A stretch of DNA of 64,000 bases, from contig CAVPQU010000020.1 of the NCBI GenBank assembly GCA_963707665.1, positions 7,615 through 71,614 of the forward strand, written 5' to 3'. Made by a program: the position numbers and the translations under genes. Shown piece by piece: positions 32,765 through 42,861 of the stretch. Source of the stretch: an uncultured beta proteobacterium. Its GTDB lineage: Bacteria; Pseudomonadota; Gammaproteobacteria; Burkholderiales; Burkholderiaceae_D. A model generated the notes under the pieces. That model was not told the origin of the DNA. It did no database searches and saw nothing but the letters and a program-made list of their open reading frames with translations. The first letter of the stretch is position 1, and every line of letters begins with the position of its first letter.

Positions 32765-33829
32765 ATGAGCAAGGAGCACCAGGGCGCGATGCAGTCGTTG
32801 CTCAATCATCTCGTTGAAATTACCGGTCATCGCGACCATAACCTGCTCGATATCTCGGTCATTTCGGCCTTGCAGGAGCTGGTCGGTGCGAGGCAGGCGC
32901 GCACCCTCGAGATTTTCAAGTTCCGCGACCAGCTGTATATCCGGCCGCGCGTCTGGCTGCAGGACGGCAAGATCGTCACCAGCGAGGAAATGCTGGAGGC
33001 CGAGCAGCCGGGCGACCCGCTGACCGAGTATCCCTTGCTGCTGTCAGCCATCGAACAGCGCTTGCACAGTGTCGAACAGCCGGCAGACGATGGCTCGCAC
33101 CTGTTATGGCTGCCGCTCTGGCTCAACGACAAGATCAGCGGCTGCCTGGAGATCCGTAGCGCCGCGCCGCTGTCCGATGAGGCACGCAGCATGATGGAAG
33201 GCATTCTGCGCGTCTATCGCAATTTCCAGAATTTGCTGGATTACAGTGAACGCGATTCGCTGACCGGACTGCTGAACCGCAAGACCTTCGACGAGAATTT
33301 TTCGCGCATGGTGTCGTGTTCGGCGCCGAAGCAGCCGGTGCCGGCACGTGGCCCGGATCGGCGCCTGCACGTCGAACACAAGGAACAATGGCTGGCGGTC
33401 ATCGACATCGATCACTTCAAGCGCGTCAACGACCGTTTCGGCCACCTGTACGGCGACGAAGTGCTGCTGCTGATCGCCAACCTGCTGCGTAGTTCGTTTC
33501 GCACCCAGGACCGCATCTTCCGCTTTGGCGGTGAGGAATTCGTGGTGCTGCTGCGCTCCACCACGCTGGCCGATGCGCGCAATATCTTCAGCCGCTTTCG
33601 CGCCAACGTCGAGAACTACCCGTTTCCGCAAGTCGGCCGGGTCACGGTCAGCATCGGCTTCGCCAACATTTCGCTGCAAACCCCGGTAGTGATCCTGGGG
33701 CACGCCGATCAGGCGCTCTACTATGCCAAGATGCACGGCCGCAACCAGGTCTGCCATTACGACGAACTGGTCGCCAACGGCGAACTGCAATCCCAGGTTT
33801 CGAACCACAACGACGTTGAATTTTTTTGA
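32765..33829 (+). CDS. Diguanylate cyclase (GGDEF) with an N-terminal sensor domain (GAF-like?)
   Basis: RDSLTGLLNRKTF...AVIDIDHFKRVNDRFGHLYGDEVL...FRFGGEEFVVLL. Confidence 0.85.
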   Translation: MSKEHQGAMQSLLNHLVEITGHRDHNLLDISVISALQELVGARQARTLEIFKFRDQLYIRPRVWLQDGKIVTSEEMLEAEQPGDPLTEYPLLLSAIEQRLHSVEQPADDGSHLLWLPLWLNDKISGCLEIRSAAPLSDEARSMMEGILRVYRNFQNLLDYSERDSLTGLLNRKTFDENFSRMVSCSAPKQPVPARGPDRRLHVEHKEQWLAVIDIDHFKRVNDRFGHLYGDEVLLLIANLLRSSFRTQDRIFRFGGEEFVVLLRSTTLADARNIFSRFRANVENYPFPQVGRVTVSIGFANISLQTPVVILGHADQALYYAKMHGRNQVCHYDELVANGELQSQVSNHNDVEFF

Positions 33830-33915
33830 GCGTCGCCCCAGTATTTCTCCCCAGTGCCTCATGCCAGAGTAGCGACGGCACTTGCCGCGCATTCGATCAG
33901 CTGTGTGACAAGCGA

Positions 33916-33975
33916 ATACTCCATGCATGGAGGGCTACTGTCTCAGGTAAAATATGCATCTGTGCAGCATACCCC
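33916..33975 (+). repeat. Bipartite ATACYCC box pair, copy g
   Basis: ATACTCC at 33916-33922 and ATACCCC at 33969-33975. AAAT at +35..38. Lies between the GGDEF gene and rarD. Confidence 0.85.
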
Positions 33976-34222
33976 TATAAAACCCTTTTTTGCAAAGGAT
34001 GACACAGGTATCGCAGTGACTTGCCGGCGCGGCTTTCGGACGGGCGCGGAATTGGGCTTGCAGCGCCATGCATCAGCAATAGTCTCGCTGGCTCCAAAGC
34101 CAATTACTGCGATAATCGCCGACCTCATAAAAAATTTGTCCCGGCTTCAGGGCTGTCACAAACAATCGCCACCACACTGCCTGGCTGCCAGCCGGCAGCC
34201 ACTCTTTCACGATCGAACCGTC

Positions 34223-35113
34223 ATGCAAACTGGCATGCTTTACGCCGCCCTGGCCTACATCATGTGGGGCGTGTTTCCGCTGTATTTCAAAGCGCTGCAG
34301 GCGATTCCCTCGTTCGAGATCCTGGTGCACCGGATGCTGTGGTCGCTGGTGTTCGTGCTGATCGTGCTGGCGCTGCGCCGGCAATGGGCCTGGCTGCGCG
34401 ACGTGCTGCACCGGCCGCGCGTGCTGGCGGCATTCACCGCCAGCGCGCTACTGCTGGCGGCCAACTGGCTGCTGTACATCTGGGCCGTCAACAATGACCG
34501 CGTGGTCGACGCCAGTCTCGGCTATTTCATGAATCCGCTGGTCAACATCGTGCTCGGCCTGGTGCTGCTGAAGGAACGGCTGCGTCCGGTGCAATGGGCG
34601 GCGGTGGCGCTGGCCGCTGCCGGCGTCGCCTGGCTGACCTGGCAAGCCGGCCATCCGCCCTGGACCAGTCTGGCGCTGGCCGCCAGTTTCGGCGCCTATG
34701 GCCTGCTGCGCAAGATCGCCCCGCTCGGGCCGCTGGAGGGATTGTCGCTGGAAGCGCTGCTGCTGTTTCCGCTCGCCTTCGGCTATCTGCTGTACCTGAG
34801 CCTGGCCGGCCATAATTCCTTTTTCGCGGTGGCGCCGGTGACGCAATGGCTGCTGGTGGCGGCCGGGCCGATCACGGCGATCCCGCTGCTGCTGTTCGCC
34901 GCCGGCGCGCGCCGCATCCCGATGTCGCTTTTGGGATTGCTGCAATACCTGAGCCCGAGCCTGCAGCTGCTGCTCGGCGTCTGGCTGTACCACGAGCCGT
35001 TCGACAGTGTCCGCCTGGTCGGCTTCGCGCTGATCTGGTCCGGGCTGGCGCTGTATTCGGTGGAAGGCTTGTGGCGCGGCTTCAAGAGCCGCGTGCCGGG
35101 CGCCGCCGCCTGA
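34223..35113 (+). CDS. rarD: EamA-family transporter RarD
   Basis: MQTGMLYAALAYIMWGVFPLYFKAL..., 10 TM helices. Start taken at ATG 34223 within the longer ORF. Confidence 0.8.
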   Translation: MQTGMLYAALAYIMWGVFPLYFKALQAIPSFEILVHRMLWSLVFVLIVLALRRQWAWLRDVLHRPRVLAAFTASALLLAANWLLYIWAVNNDRVVDASLGYFMNPLVNIVLGLVLLKERLRPVQWAAVALAAAGVAWLTWQAGHPPWTSLALAASFGAYGLLRKIAPLGPLEGLSLEALLLFPLAFGYLLYLSLAGHNSFFAVAPVTQWLLVAAGPITAIPLLLFAAGARRIPMSLLGLLQYLSPSLQLLLGVWLYHEPFDSVRLVGFALIWSGLALYSVEGLWRGFKSRVPGAAA

Positions 35114-35122
35114 GGCCCGGCG

Positions 35123-36994
35123 TCAGATCGTCACCTGGGTTCCCAGTTCGATCACCCGATTGAACGGCACCTGGTAGTAATCGGCGGCGCCGCGCGCATT
35201 GCGCGACATGGTGATGAACAGCCGTTCGCGCCATGGTGCCATGCCCTCGCCGGGATACGCCAGCACCGTCTGGCGCGCGATGAAGTAGGAAGTCTCCATG
35301 GTTTCGCATTGCAGCTCGGGCGGCGCCAGCTCCAGCGCCTTCGGGATATTCGGCTCATCCTTGAAGCCGTAATACACGTCGAACTGGTAACAACCATGAC
35401 CCAGCGGCCGCACGCGCAGTCGCTCGCTGCGCTCCACCCACGGGATGTCGCGGATATGCACGGTCAGGAACACCACGCGCTCGTGCAGCACTTTGTTGTG
35501 CGCCAGGTTGTGCAGCATCGCGTGCGGCACGCCGTCGGTCTCGCCGCGCAGGAAAATCGCCGTGCCGGGCACCCGCACCGGCGGCGCGACGAACAGCGCC
35601 CGCAGGAAATCCTCGAGCGGCACCGCGTCCTTGCGCAGATTGTCGAATACCATCGCGCGACCGCGCTTCCAGGTCAGCATCACGATGAACAGCAGCAGGC
35701 CGAGCAGCAGCGGGAACCAGCCGCCGTGCAGGACCTTCAACAGGTTGGCGGAGAAAAAGGCCACGTCGATCACCAGGAAGAAACCGGTGGTGGCGATGCA
35801 CAGCAGCAGGTTGTATTTCCAGCCGTAGCGCACCACGAAGAAGGTCAGCACGGTGGTCACCAGCATGGTGCCGGTGACCGCGATGCCGTAGGCCGCCGCC
35901 AGATGGGACGAGGAGCCGAAGCCGATCACCGCCAGCAGCACCGCCGACAGCTGCAGCCAGTTCACCAGCGGCATGTAGATCTGGCCGATTTCGGACGCTG
36001 ACGTGTGCTCGACGCGCATGCGCGGCAGGAAGCCCAGCGCGATCGCCTGCTTGGTCATCGAGAAGGTGCCGGAAATCGTCGCCTGTGAAGCGATCACGGT
36101 GGCTGCGGTCGACAGCAGCACCAGCGGATAAATGCTCCAGTCGCCCAGCTGCTGGTAAAACGGATTGCCGATGGCGGCCGGGTTCTTGAGCAGCAGCGCG
36201 CCCTGGCCCAGATAGTTCAATGCCAGTGCCGGGAATGCCACCAGAAACCACGCCACGCGGATCGGCCTCGGCCCGAAGTGGCCGACGTCGGCGTACAGCG
36301 CCTCGGCGCCGGTGAACGCCAGCACCACCGCGCCCAGCGCGATGAAGGCCAGCATCCGATTCTGGTACAGGAACGACAGCGCGTGCCATGGGTTCAGCGC
36401 CGCCAGGATTTGCGGCGTCTGCCAGATATTGACCAGCCCCATCGCCGCCAGGCTGGCGAACCACAGCGTCATCACCGGCCCGAACCATTTGCCGATGCCG
36501 GCCGTGCCTCTGGCCTGGAGGCTGTACAGCGCGATCAGCACCGCCACCGTCAGCGGCACCACGTAGGGCGTCAGCGCCGGCGTGGCGATTTCCAGCCCCT
36601 CGACGGCCGACAGCACCGAAATCGCCGGCGTGATCACGCTATCGCCGTAAAACAGCGTGGCACCGGCCAGGCCCAGCAGCATCAGCGGCGCATACACGCG
36701 CGAGTTCCTGCCCATCGACGACAGCGCCAGCGCCGTCAAGGCCATGATGCCGCCCTCGCCGTGGTTATCGGCGCGCAGGATCAGCGTGACATACTTGAGG
36801 GACACCACAATGGTCAGTCCCCACACGATCAGCGACACCACTCCCAACAGGTTGGCAGTGTTGAACGCCAGCCCGTGCTCCGTGGCGAACACTTCCTTCA
36901 TCGTGTACAGGGGGCTGGTGCCGATATCGCCGTAGACGATACCGATCGCGGCCAGCGTCAAGGCGGTCAAGCCGCTTTTTTGGGCGGTGGACAA
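35123..36994 (-). CDS. kup: KUP/HAK/KT potassium uptake protein
   Basis: LTLAAIGIVYGDIGTSPLYTMKEVF signature. I place the start at in-frame TTG 36994 (623 aa, normal Kup length). The ATG at 37147 would add 51 non-Kup residues and leave only 29 bp to the divergent ettA. Confidence 0.8.
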   Translation of the reverse strand: MSTAQKSGLTALTLAAIGIVYGDIGTSPLYTMKEVFATEHGLAFNTANLLGVVSLIVWGLTIVVSLKYVTLILRADNHGEGGIMALTALALSSMGRNSRVYAPLMLLGLAGATLFYGDSVITPAISVLSAVEGLEIATPALTPYVVPLTVAVLIALYSLQARGTAGIGKWFGPVMTLWFASLAAMGLVNIWQTPQILAALNPWHALSFLYQNRMLAFIALGAVVLAFTGAEALYADVGHFGPRPIRVAWFLVAFPALALNYLGQGALLLKNPAAIGNPFYQQLGDWSIYPLVLLSTAATVIASQATISGTFSMTKQAIALGFLPRMRVEHTSASEIGQIYMPLVNWLQLSAVLLAVIGFGSSSHLAAAYGIAVTGTMLVTTVLTFFVVRYGWKYNLLLCIATTGFFLVIDVAFFSANLLKVLHGGWFPLLLGLLLFIVMLTWKRGRAMVFDNLRKDAVPLEDFLRALFVAPPVRVPGTAIFLRGETDGVPHAMLHNLAHNKVLHERVVFLTVHIRDIPWVERSERLRVRPLGHGCYQFDVYYGFKDEPNIPKALELAPPELQCETMETSYFIARQTVLAYPGEGMAPWRERLFITMSRNARGAADYYQVPFNRVIELGTQVTI

Positions 36995-37176
36995 GGCTGG
37001 ATGAATGAGCTGTCGAGCATTGCACGCTAAGGCAGCGATGCCGGAAAAGCAAGAAAATCTGCAGGGCGACCCGATTGGGATCAATTGGCGCCGAGCCGGG
37101 AGCGCGCTCGCCCCACTCGCGCTGGCATCGGTTATCCTTGGGTTCATTTTTCACTAGCGTCAACGCTCACATTCCT

Positions 37177-38844
37177 ATGGCCAATTACGTCTACACCATG
37201 AACCGCGTCGGCAAGATCGTGCCGCCCAAGCGGCAGATCCTGAAGGACATTTCCTTGTCATTTTTTCCGGGCGCCAAGATTGGCGTCCTCGGCCTGAACG
37301 GCTCCGGCAAATCGACGCTGCTGAAGATCATGGCCGGCATCGATACCGACATCCAGGGCGAAGCGGTGCCGATGCCGGGCTTGAGCATCGGCTATCTGCC
37401 ACAGGAGCCGCAACTCGATCCGGAGCAAACGGTGCGCCAGGCGGTCGAATCCGGCCTGGGCGAAGCCTTCGAAGCGCAAGCCAAGCTGGACGCGGTGTAC
37501 GCCGCCTACGCTGAAGAAGACGCCGACTTCGACGCGTTGGCCGCCGAACAGGCTCGCCTCGAAGACATCCTGGCGACCGCCGGCGACGGCAACTTGGATC
37601 TGCAACTGGAAATGGCGGCCGATGCGTTGCGCCTGCCGCCGTGGGACGCCAAGATCGGCGTGCTCTCGGGCGGCGAAAAGCGCCGCGTCGCGCTGTGCCG
37701 CCTGTTGCTGTCCAAGCCCGACATGCTGCTGCTGGACGAGCCGACCAACCACCTGGACGCCGAATCGGTCGAATGGCTGGAGCAGTTCCTGCTGCGCTTC
37801 CCCGGCACCGTGGTTGGCATCACCCATGACCGCTACTTCCTCGACAATGCCGCCGAATGGATCCTGGAACTCGACCGCGGCCACGGCATTCCATGGAAAG
37901 GCAATTACAGTTCCTGGCTGGAACAGAAGGGTAACCGCCTGAAGCAGGAAGAGGCAACCGAGTCCTCGCGCCAGAAAACCATCGCCAAGGAACTCGAATG
38001 GGTGCGCCAAAATCCGAAGGGCCGCCAGGCCAAGAGCAAGGCGCGGCTGGCCCGCTTCAACGAGCTGTCCGAACACGAATACCAAAAGCGCAACGAGACC
38101 CAGGAAATTTTCATTCCAGTCGCCGAGCGGCTCGGCAATGACGTGATCGAATTCAAGAATGTGTCGAAAGCCTTCGGCGACCGGCTGCTGATCGACGACC
38201 TCAGCTTCGTGGTGCCGGCCGGCGCGATCGTCGGCATCATCGGCCCCAACGGTGCCGGCAAATCGACCTTGTTCAAGATGATCACCGGCAAAGAGCAGCC
38301 GGACAGCGGCGAAGTCGCGATTGGCCAGACCGCGCAGGTGTCGATCGTCGACCAAAGCCGCGATTCGCTGTCCGACGCCAAGACCGTATTTGAAGACGTT
38401 TGTGGCGGCAACGACCTGATCACCGTCGGCCGCTTCGAAATGCCGTCGCGCGCCTATCTGGGCCGCTTCAATTTCAAAGGCGGCGACCAGCAAAAAGTGG
38501 TCGGCAATCTGTCTGGCGGTGAACGCGGCCGGCTGCATCTGGCGAAAACCCTGATGCAGGGCGGTAACGTGCTGCTGCTCGATGAACCGTCCAACGACCT
38601 CGACGTCGAAACCCTGCGCGCGCTGGAAGATGCCTTGCTCGAATTCGCCGGCAGCGTGATGGTGATTTCCCATGACCGCTGGTTCCTGGACCGGATCGCG
38701 ACCCACATCCTGGCGGCCGAAGGCGATTCGAAATGGACCTTCTTCGACGGCAACTATCAGGAATACGAAGCCGACAAGAAGAAGCGCCTGGGCGAAGAAG
38801 GGGCGAAACCGAAGCGGATTCGCTACAAGCCGATTTCGCGCTGA
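37177..38844 (+). CDS. ettA: Energy-dependent translational throttle protein EttA (ABC-F)
   Basis: MANYVYTMNRVGKIVPPKRQILKDISLSFFPGAKIGVLGLNGSGKSTLL and a second cassette GPNGAGKSTLF. Two LSGGE signatures. Confidence 0.9.
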   Translation: MANYVYTMNRVGKIVPPKRQILKDISLSFFPGAKIGVLGLNGSGKSTLLKIMAGIDTDIQGEAVPMPGLSIGYLPQEPQLDPEQTVRQAVESGLGEAFEAQAKLDAVYAAYAEEDADFDALAAEQARLEDILATAGDGNLDLQLEMAADALRLPPWDAKIGVLSGGEKRRVALCRLLLSKPDMLLLDEPTNHLDAESVEWLEQFLLRFPGTVVGITHDRYFLDNAAEWILELDRGHGIPWKGNYSSWLEQKGNRLKQEEATESSRQKTIAKELEWVRQNPKGRQAKSKARLARFNELSEHEYQKRNETQEIFIPVAERLGNDVIEFKNVSKAFGDRLLIDDLSFVVPAGAIVGIIGPNGAGKSTLFKMITGKEQPDSGEVAIGQTAQVSIVDQSRDSLSDAKTVFEDVCGGNDLITVGRFEMPSRAYLGRFNFKGGDQQKVVGNLSGGERGRLHLAKTLMQGGNVLLLDEPSNDLDVETLRALEDALLEFAGSVMVISHDRWFLDRIATHILAAEGDSKWTFFDGNYQEYEADKKKRLGEEGAKPKRIRYKPISR

Positions 38845-38875
38845 CCCCAGGCTGTTCGCCTCTGGTGACTACGGC

Positions 38876-38912
38876 GGGCGGCGTGTTCGATGCCGCCCTT
38901 CCATCTTTTTCC
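38876..38912 (+). terminator. Probable rho-independent terminator after ettA
   Basis: GGGCGGC-9 nt-GCCGCCC stem followed by TTCCATCTTTTT. Confidence 0.5.
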
Positions 38913-39052
38913 GCATTTTGTTGAGCTTGCTCAACTCGGCTCGCGTCGCATAAATCGCCACTACTCTTTGCCATCATCGACGGCTATATTGAAACGACAT
39001 ATAGAACGACGGAGGAGACGTGTCCACGATCGTCTTTTACCGGAGATGTGCC

Positions 39053-39238
39053 ATGAAATACGCCTTACTCTTCTGCGCCACCGTACTGCTGTCTGCCTGT
39101 TCCAGCATGGGGCATTGGGGCAGCAGCGAACCCAGCAGCATGAACAGCAGCGGTTCCAGCGGGATGCGCAACGATAGCTCCAACGACAATTCAAGGTATC
39201 CGCACATACCCCAGCCCGGGGATACGTATTACCCTTGA
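39053..39238 (+). CDS. Small Ser-rich lipoprotein (hypothetical)
   Basis: MKYALLFCATVLLSAC lipobox. Confidence 0.5.
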   Translation: MKYALLFCATVLLSACSSMGHWGSSEPSSMNSSGSSGMRNDSSNDNSRYPHIPQPGDTYYP

Positions 39239-39556
39239 TTGATCATGCTCGCCGTAGATTTTATCCGCGACGATTCCAGTCGCGCATGCCAGTCCGGCTC
39301 TAATCGAATTGCGGCGCGGGTCGCTCCGGCACTTCACTTGCACGGGTCGGGCTAGAAGTGAAATGAACGACCCAGCAGTTTGCGCTTGCCTGTCTTGGTG
39401 GCAGTGCTGGCACGCAATGTGCAAACAATGGTTTTGTCCGACGTACGGCCTTGGCGGCCCTGTCGGCTGCGCCGTTTACAATAAGGTTTCCTGCCTGCCA
39501 CCTTGCACATCGCCGGCCCACCGATACCGCGCTTGCTTCTGAATGGAGTGTCACGC

Positions 39557-40399
39557 TTGACCGACCCGGCCCACCCGCATCCGATACCTGTCACTTTCAA
39601 TCTGATCGGTCCCGGCCGCTTGGGCCAAACTCTGGCCCGGCTCTGGCACGATGCCGGCCTGATCACGCTGGCCGGAGTGCTGGGCCGGACTGCGGTGCGC
39701 ACCGAAGCCGCTCTGCGTTTCATGGGCAGCGGCCAGGCGCGCGACTGGAACACGCTGGCGCGCGCCCAGTTGACTCTATTGGCAACACCGGACGACATGT
39801 TGCCGGCAGTGGTCAGCGCCTTGGCGGCCAGTGACGCGATCGGCCCCGGCACGGTGGTGTTTCACTGCAGCGGTGCGCTGTCCAGTGCGGTGCTGGAACC
39901 CTTGCGGGCGCGCGGGGCATTGCTGGCCAGCGTCCATCCACTGAAGTCGTTTGCCGACCCGCAACGAGCCATCCACGATTTTGCCGGCACCTGGTGCGCC
40001 TGCGAAGGCGAGGCGGCGGCGCTGGCGACAATTGCTCCCCTGTTCGATGCCATCGGCGGTCGCCGTTTCATGCTGAACGCGGAGCACAAGCTGCTGTACC
40101 ATGCTGGCGCGGTGCTGGCCTGCAATCATCTGGTGGCGCTGATGGAAGGCGCGTTGCGCTGCATGGAACAGGCTGGTGTGCCGCGCGCGACGGCGTGGCC
40201 GGCGCTGCGGCCGCTGATCGATGGCACGCTGGCCAATCTCGATGCCGGCAGCACCAGTAGCGCGTTGACCGGCCCGGTTGCACGTGGCGACCTGGCCACC
40301 ATACGGCGGGAAATCGAGGCGACGGCGCAAGTCGATGGCCTGGTCTGCGAGACCTATCGCGTCCTGTCGCAGCTGGCGGCCGAGCTGACTCACACATAA
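39557..40399 (+). CDS. Rossmann-like / DUF2520 domain protein (start uncertain: 39503, 39548 or 39557)
   Basis: FNLIGPGRLGQTLARLW dinucleotide fold and C-terminal ...LTGPVARGDLATIRREIEA, typical of DUF2520. TTG 39557 has GGAG 8 nt upstream. Confidence 0.6.
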   Translation: MTDPAHPHPIPVTFNLIGPGRLGQTLARLWHDAGLITLAGVLGRTAVRTEAALRFMGSGQARDWNTLARAQLTLLATPDDMLPAVVSALAASDAIGPGTVVFHCSGALSSAVLEPLRARGALLASVHPLKSFADPQRAIHDFAGTWCACEGEAAALATIAPLFDAIGGRRFMLNAEHKLLYHAGAVLACNHLVALMEGALRCMEQAGVPRATAWPALRPLIDGTLANLDAGSTSSALTGPVARGDLATIRREIEATAQVDGLVCETYRVLSQLAAELTHT

Positions 40400-40513
40400 A
40401 ATTAAAATATAGAGGCGCCAGTTGCGCGCGGCCCTGAATCTCGGGTAACGTGCGGCCACGATCCGGCTCCTTGCAGGCGGATCGTTCCATCAACAATAAA
40501 CAGGGGGCAAGAC

Positions 40514-40858
40514 ATGACATTCGTGGATGCTGTGAAAACCTGCTTTACCAAGTACGCCGATTTCAACGGCCGTGCCGCACGCTCGGAGTACTGGTGGTAC
40601 ACGCTGTTTATCATCATCGCCAGCCTACTGTTGTCGAAGGTCAGCGACACCGTATCCTTGCTGTTCGGGCTGGCGACATTGCTGCCGTCGATCGCGGTGG
40701 CGGCACGCCGCCTGCACGACACCAATCGCAGCGGCTGGCTGCAACTGATCGCGCTGATCCCGATTCTGGGTTGGCTGGTATTGCTGTATTTCCTGGTGCA
40801 GGAAGCGCAGGAACCGAATCGTTTCGGCACCGCACCCGTGCTGGAGGCAACACCCTAA
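40514..40858 (+). CDS. DUF805 family membrane protein
   Basis: FNGRAARSEYWWYTLF...AVAARRLHDTNRSGW signature. Confidence 0.85.
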   Translation: MTFVDAVKTCFTKYADFNGRAARSEYWWYTLFIIIASLLLSKVSDTVSLLFGLATLLPSIAVAARRLHDTNRSGWLQLIALIPILGWLVLLYFLVQEAQEPNRFGTAPVLEATP

Positions 40859-40978
40859 TCCGGTGGCCTGTCTGACGCCGTGCCGCTGGCGGCATGGCGT
40901 CAGATGCCGTCAGTTGTTTTTGCCGCTGCGTCGATGCCGGCATTCGCCGCATCTCCTTTCTTCTCCGTTTGCCTGCCA

Positions 40979-42121
40979 ATGATCTTGCGCCAGCGTCTGC
41001 AAGTGGCCGCATTGCCGGCGCTATTCCTGCTGCTGGGCCTGGCCTACGCCAGTTGGGCCGCGCGCATTCCGGCACTGCGCGACGCGCTGGCGCTGGGGCC
41101 GGCGCAACTCGGGCTGGTGCTGCTGGGTGGCGGCATTGGCGCGGTTGCCTCGTTTCCGCTGGCGGCGTGGCTGGTGGCGCATGCCGGCGCACGCGGCGCC
41201 GCCTGGCGTGCCGGGCTGGCACTGCTGCTGACGCTGCCGTGTCTGGCGCTGGCCCCGAGCATGGCGCTGCTGACGGCGCTGATGTTCGTGCTGGGTGCGG
41301 CATCCAGCTGCTTCGATGTCGCCATCAACGGCCTCGCTGCCGAGGCAGAAAAAACCGCCGGCCGTTCGATCATGTCCTTGCTGCATGCCTGGTTCTGTGT
41401 CGGCACCTTATCCGGCGCGCTGCTGGCGGGTGCGTTGGCGGCATTGGGGCTGGCGCCGCAGGCGCATTTGAGCCTGGTCGCGTTGTTGCTGGCGCTGCCG
41501 CTGTGGCTGGCCTGGCGCGTGCTGCCCAACGATCGTCCGCAGCATCGGCCGACGGTCGCCGCTGCCGGCCGCAGCTGGCTGAGCCTGCCGCATGGGCCGC
41601 TGCTGGCGCTCGGCATCATCGGCTTTTGCGGCGCCATTACGGAAGGCGCGATTGCCGAATGGAGCGGCCTGTTCATGAAGGACCACCTGGCGGTTGGCGA
41701 CGGCATGGCGCCGATGGCGTTTGCCGCCTTTACCGGCACCATGCTGGTGGCACGGCTGGGAGCCGATCGGCTCAAGGACCGCTTCAGCGCGCGTCGCGTG
41801 GTGATGCTGGGTTCACTGCTGGCCGCGCTGGGCATCTTCATTGCGCTGCTGGCGCCGGCGCTCGGCCTGAGCTTGTTCGGCTTTGCGCTGGCCGGCGGCG
41901 GCGTGGCCGCGGTGTTTCCATTCGTGTTCAGCGCCGCCGGACGCCACGGTGCGCTGGCGCTGGCAGGCGTGGCCACCATGAGCTACAGCGGCGGCCTGCT
42001 CGGTCCGCCCTGGATCGGCTTCCTGGCGCACAGCTTCGGCTTGCAGGCGGCGCTGATGTTCGTCGGCTTGCTAAGCCTGGTGGTGGCGGTAGCAGCCAGC
42101 CGCAGTCGCCTGCTGCGCTGA
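40979..42121 (+). CDS. MFS transporter
   Basis: About 12 hydrophobic helices over 380 aa, typical MFS architecture. Start chosen at ATG 40979. Confidence 0.65.
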   Translation: MILRQRLQVAALPALFLLLGLAYASWAARIPALRDALALGPAQLGLVLLGGGIGAVASFPLAAWLVAHAGARGAAWRAGLALLLTLPCLALAPSMALLTALMFVLGAASSCFDVAINGLAAEAEKTAGRSIMSLLHAWFCVGTLSGALLAGALAALGLAPQAHLSLVALLLALPLWLAWRVLPNDRPQHRPTVAAAGRSWLSLPHGPLLALGIIGFCGAITEGAIAEWSGLFMKDHLAVGDGMAPMAFAAFTGTMLVARLGADRLKDRFSARRVVMLGSLLAALGIFIALLAPALGLSLFGFALAGGGVAAVFPFVFSAAGRHGALALAGVATMSYSGGLLGPPWIGFLAHSFGLQAALMFVGLLSLVVAVAASRSRLLR

Positions 42122-42324
42122 CCGTAACTCGCGAGGGGCGCGGATTGATGCAAGGGAATGTAACGGCATCAAACACAAGTAATTGAATTGATTGGGATTT
42201 ATTCCTCCCTTGTTACATTGGGGCACGAAGTTTTACGTTACGGGCCGCGCGCCTGGGGCATGATGGAACTGTCGATTGCCGCCGGATAAAACCCATCCGC
42301 GGCTTGATTTTCAGGAGAATCCAT

Positions 42325-42741
42325 ATGACCCACAGCAAGCCATTCCATCCGCGTCGTTTACTGCTGGTTGCCGCCGTTCTGCTGGGCGCAGCGGCAGCAG
42401 TCCCGACCTATGCTGCGCCGCCGCCGTGGGCGCCGGCACATGGCCAGCGCGCCAAACAGGTACAGCAATACCGCTACGTGTATTACCCGGCGCAGCGGGT
42501 GTATTACGCGCCGGCCAGCCACACGTGGTTCTGGATGAGCGGCAACAACTGGCGCTTCGGCGCCAACCTGCCGACGCAATACCGTGGCTATGCTGCTTCC
42601 GGTGGCGTGCCTGTGGTGTTGCGTTCCAGCCGGCCATATGTTGAGCATGTGTATGTGGAACAGAATTACGGCCGGCCGTGGCGCGAGAAGCACCGCAAAC
42701 ACAAAAAGGACAAGCACTCGCACCACCACCACAGGCATTAG
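42325..42741 (+). CDS. Secreted hypothetical protein with a Lys/His-rich tail
   Basis: Signal peptide ...LLLVAAVLLGAAAAVPTYAAP, aromatic-rich core, and C-terminal KHRKHKKDKHSHHHHRH. AGGAGA RBS. Confidence 0.55.
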   Translation: MTHSKPFHPRRLLLVAAVLLGAAAAVPTYAAPPPWAPAHGQRAKQVQQYRYVYYPAQRVYYAPASHTWFWMSGNNWRFGANLPTQYRGYAASGGVPVVLRSSRPYVEHVYVEQNYGRPWREKHRKHKKDKHSHHHHRH

Positions 42742-42861
42742 GATCGATAGCACGACCCGATCGCGGCGCGCATGGTGATCGCGATGGATGCGCCGGGGCG
42801 GCGCATCCAGTCGTGTTCGGGTTTATGCTAACGGCTGGCCGAACACGAGAAAAATTTTGCA

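Noticed and set aside
36995-37147. A 51-residue N-terminal extension of Kup from ATG 37147.
   Set aside because: The extension has no Kup similarity and would leave only 29 bp to the divergent ettA start. In-frame TTG 36994 gives a canonical 623-aa Kup. An indel in the A6 run at 36974-36979 cannot be excluded.
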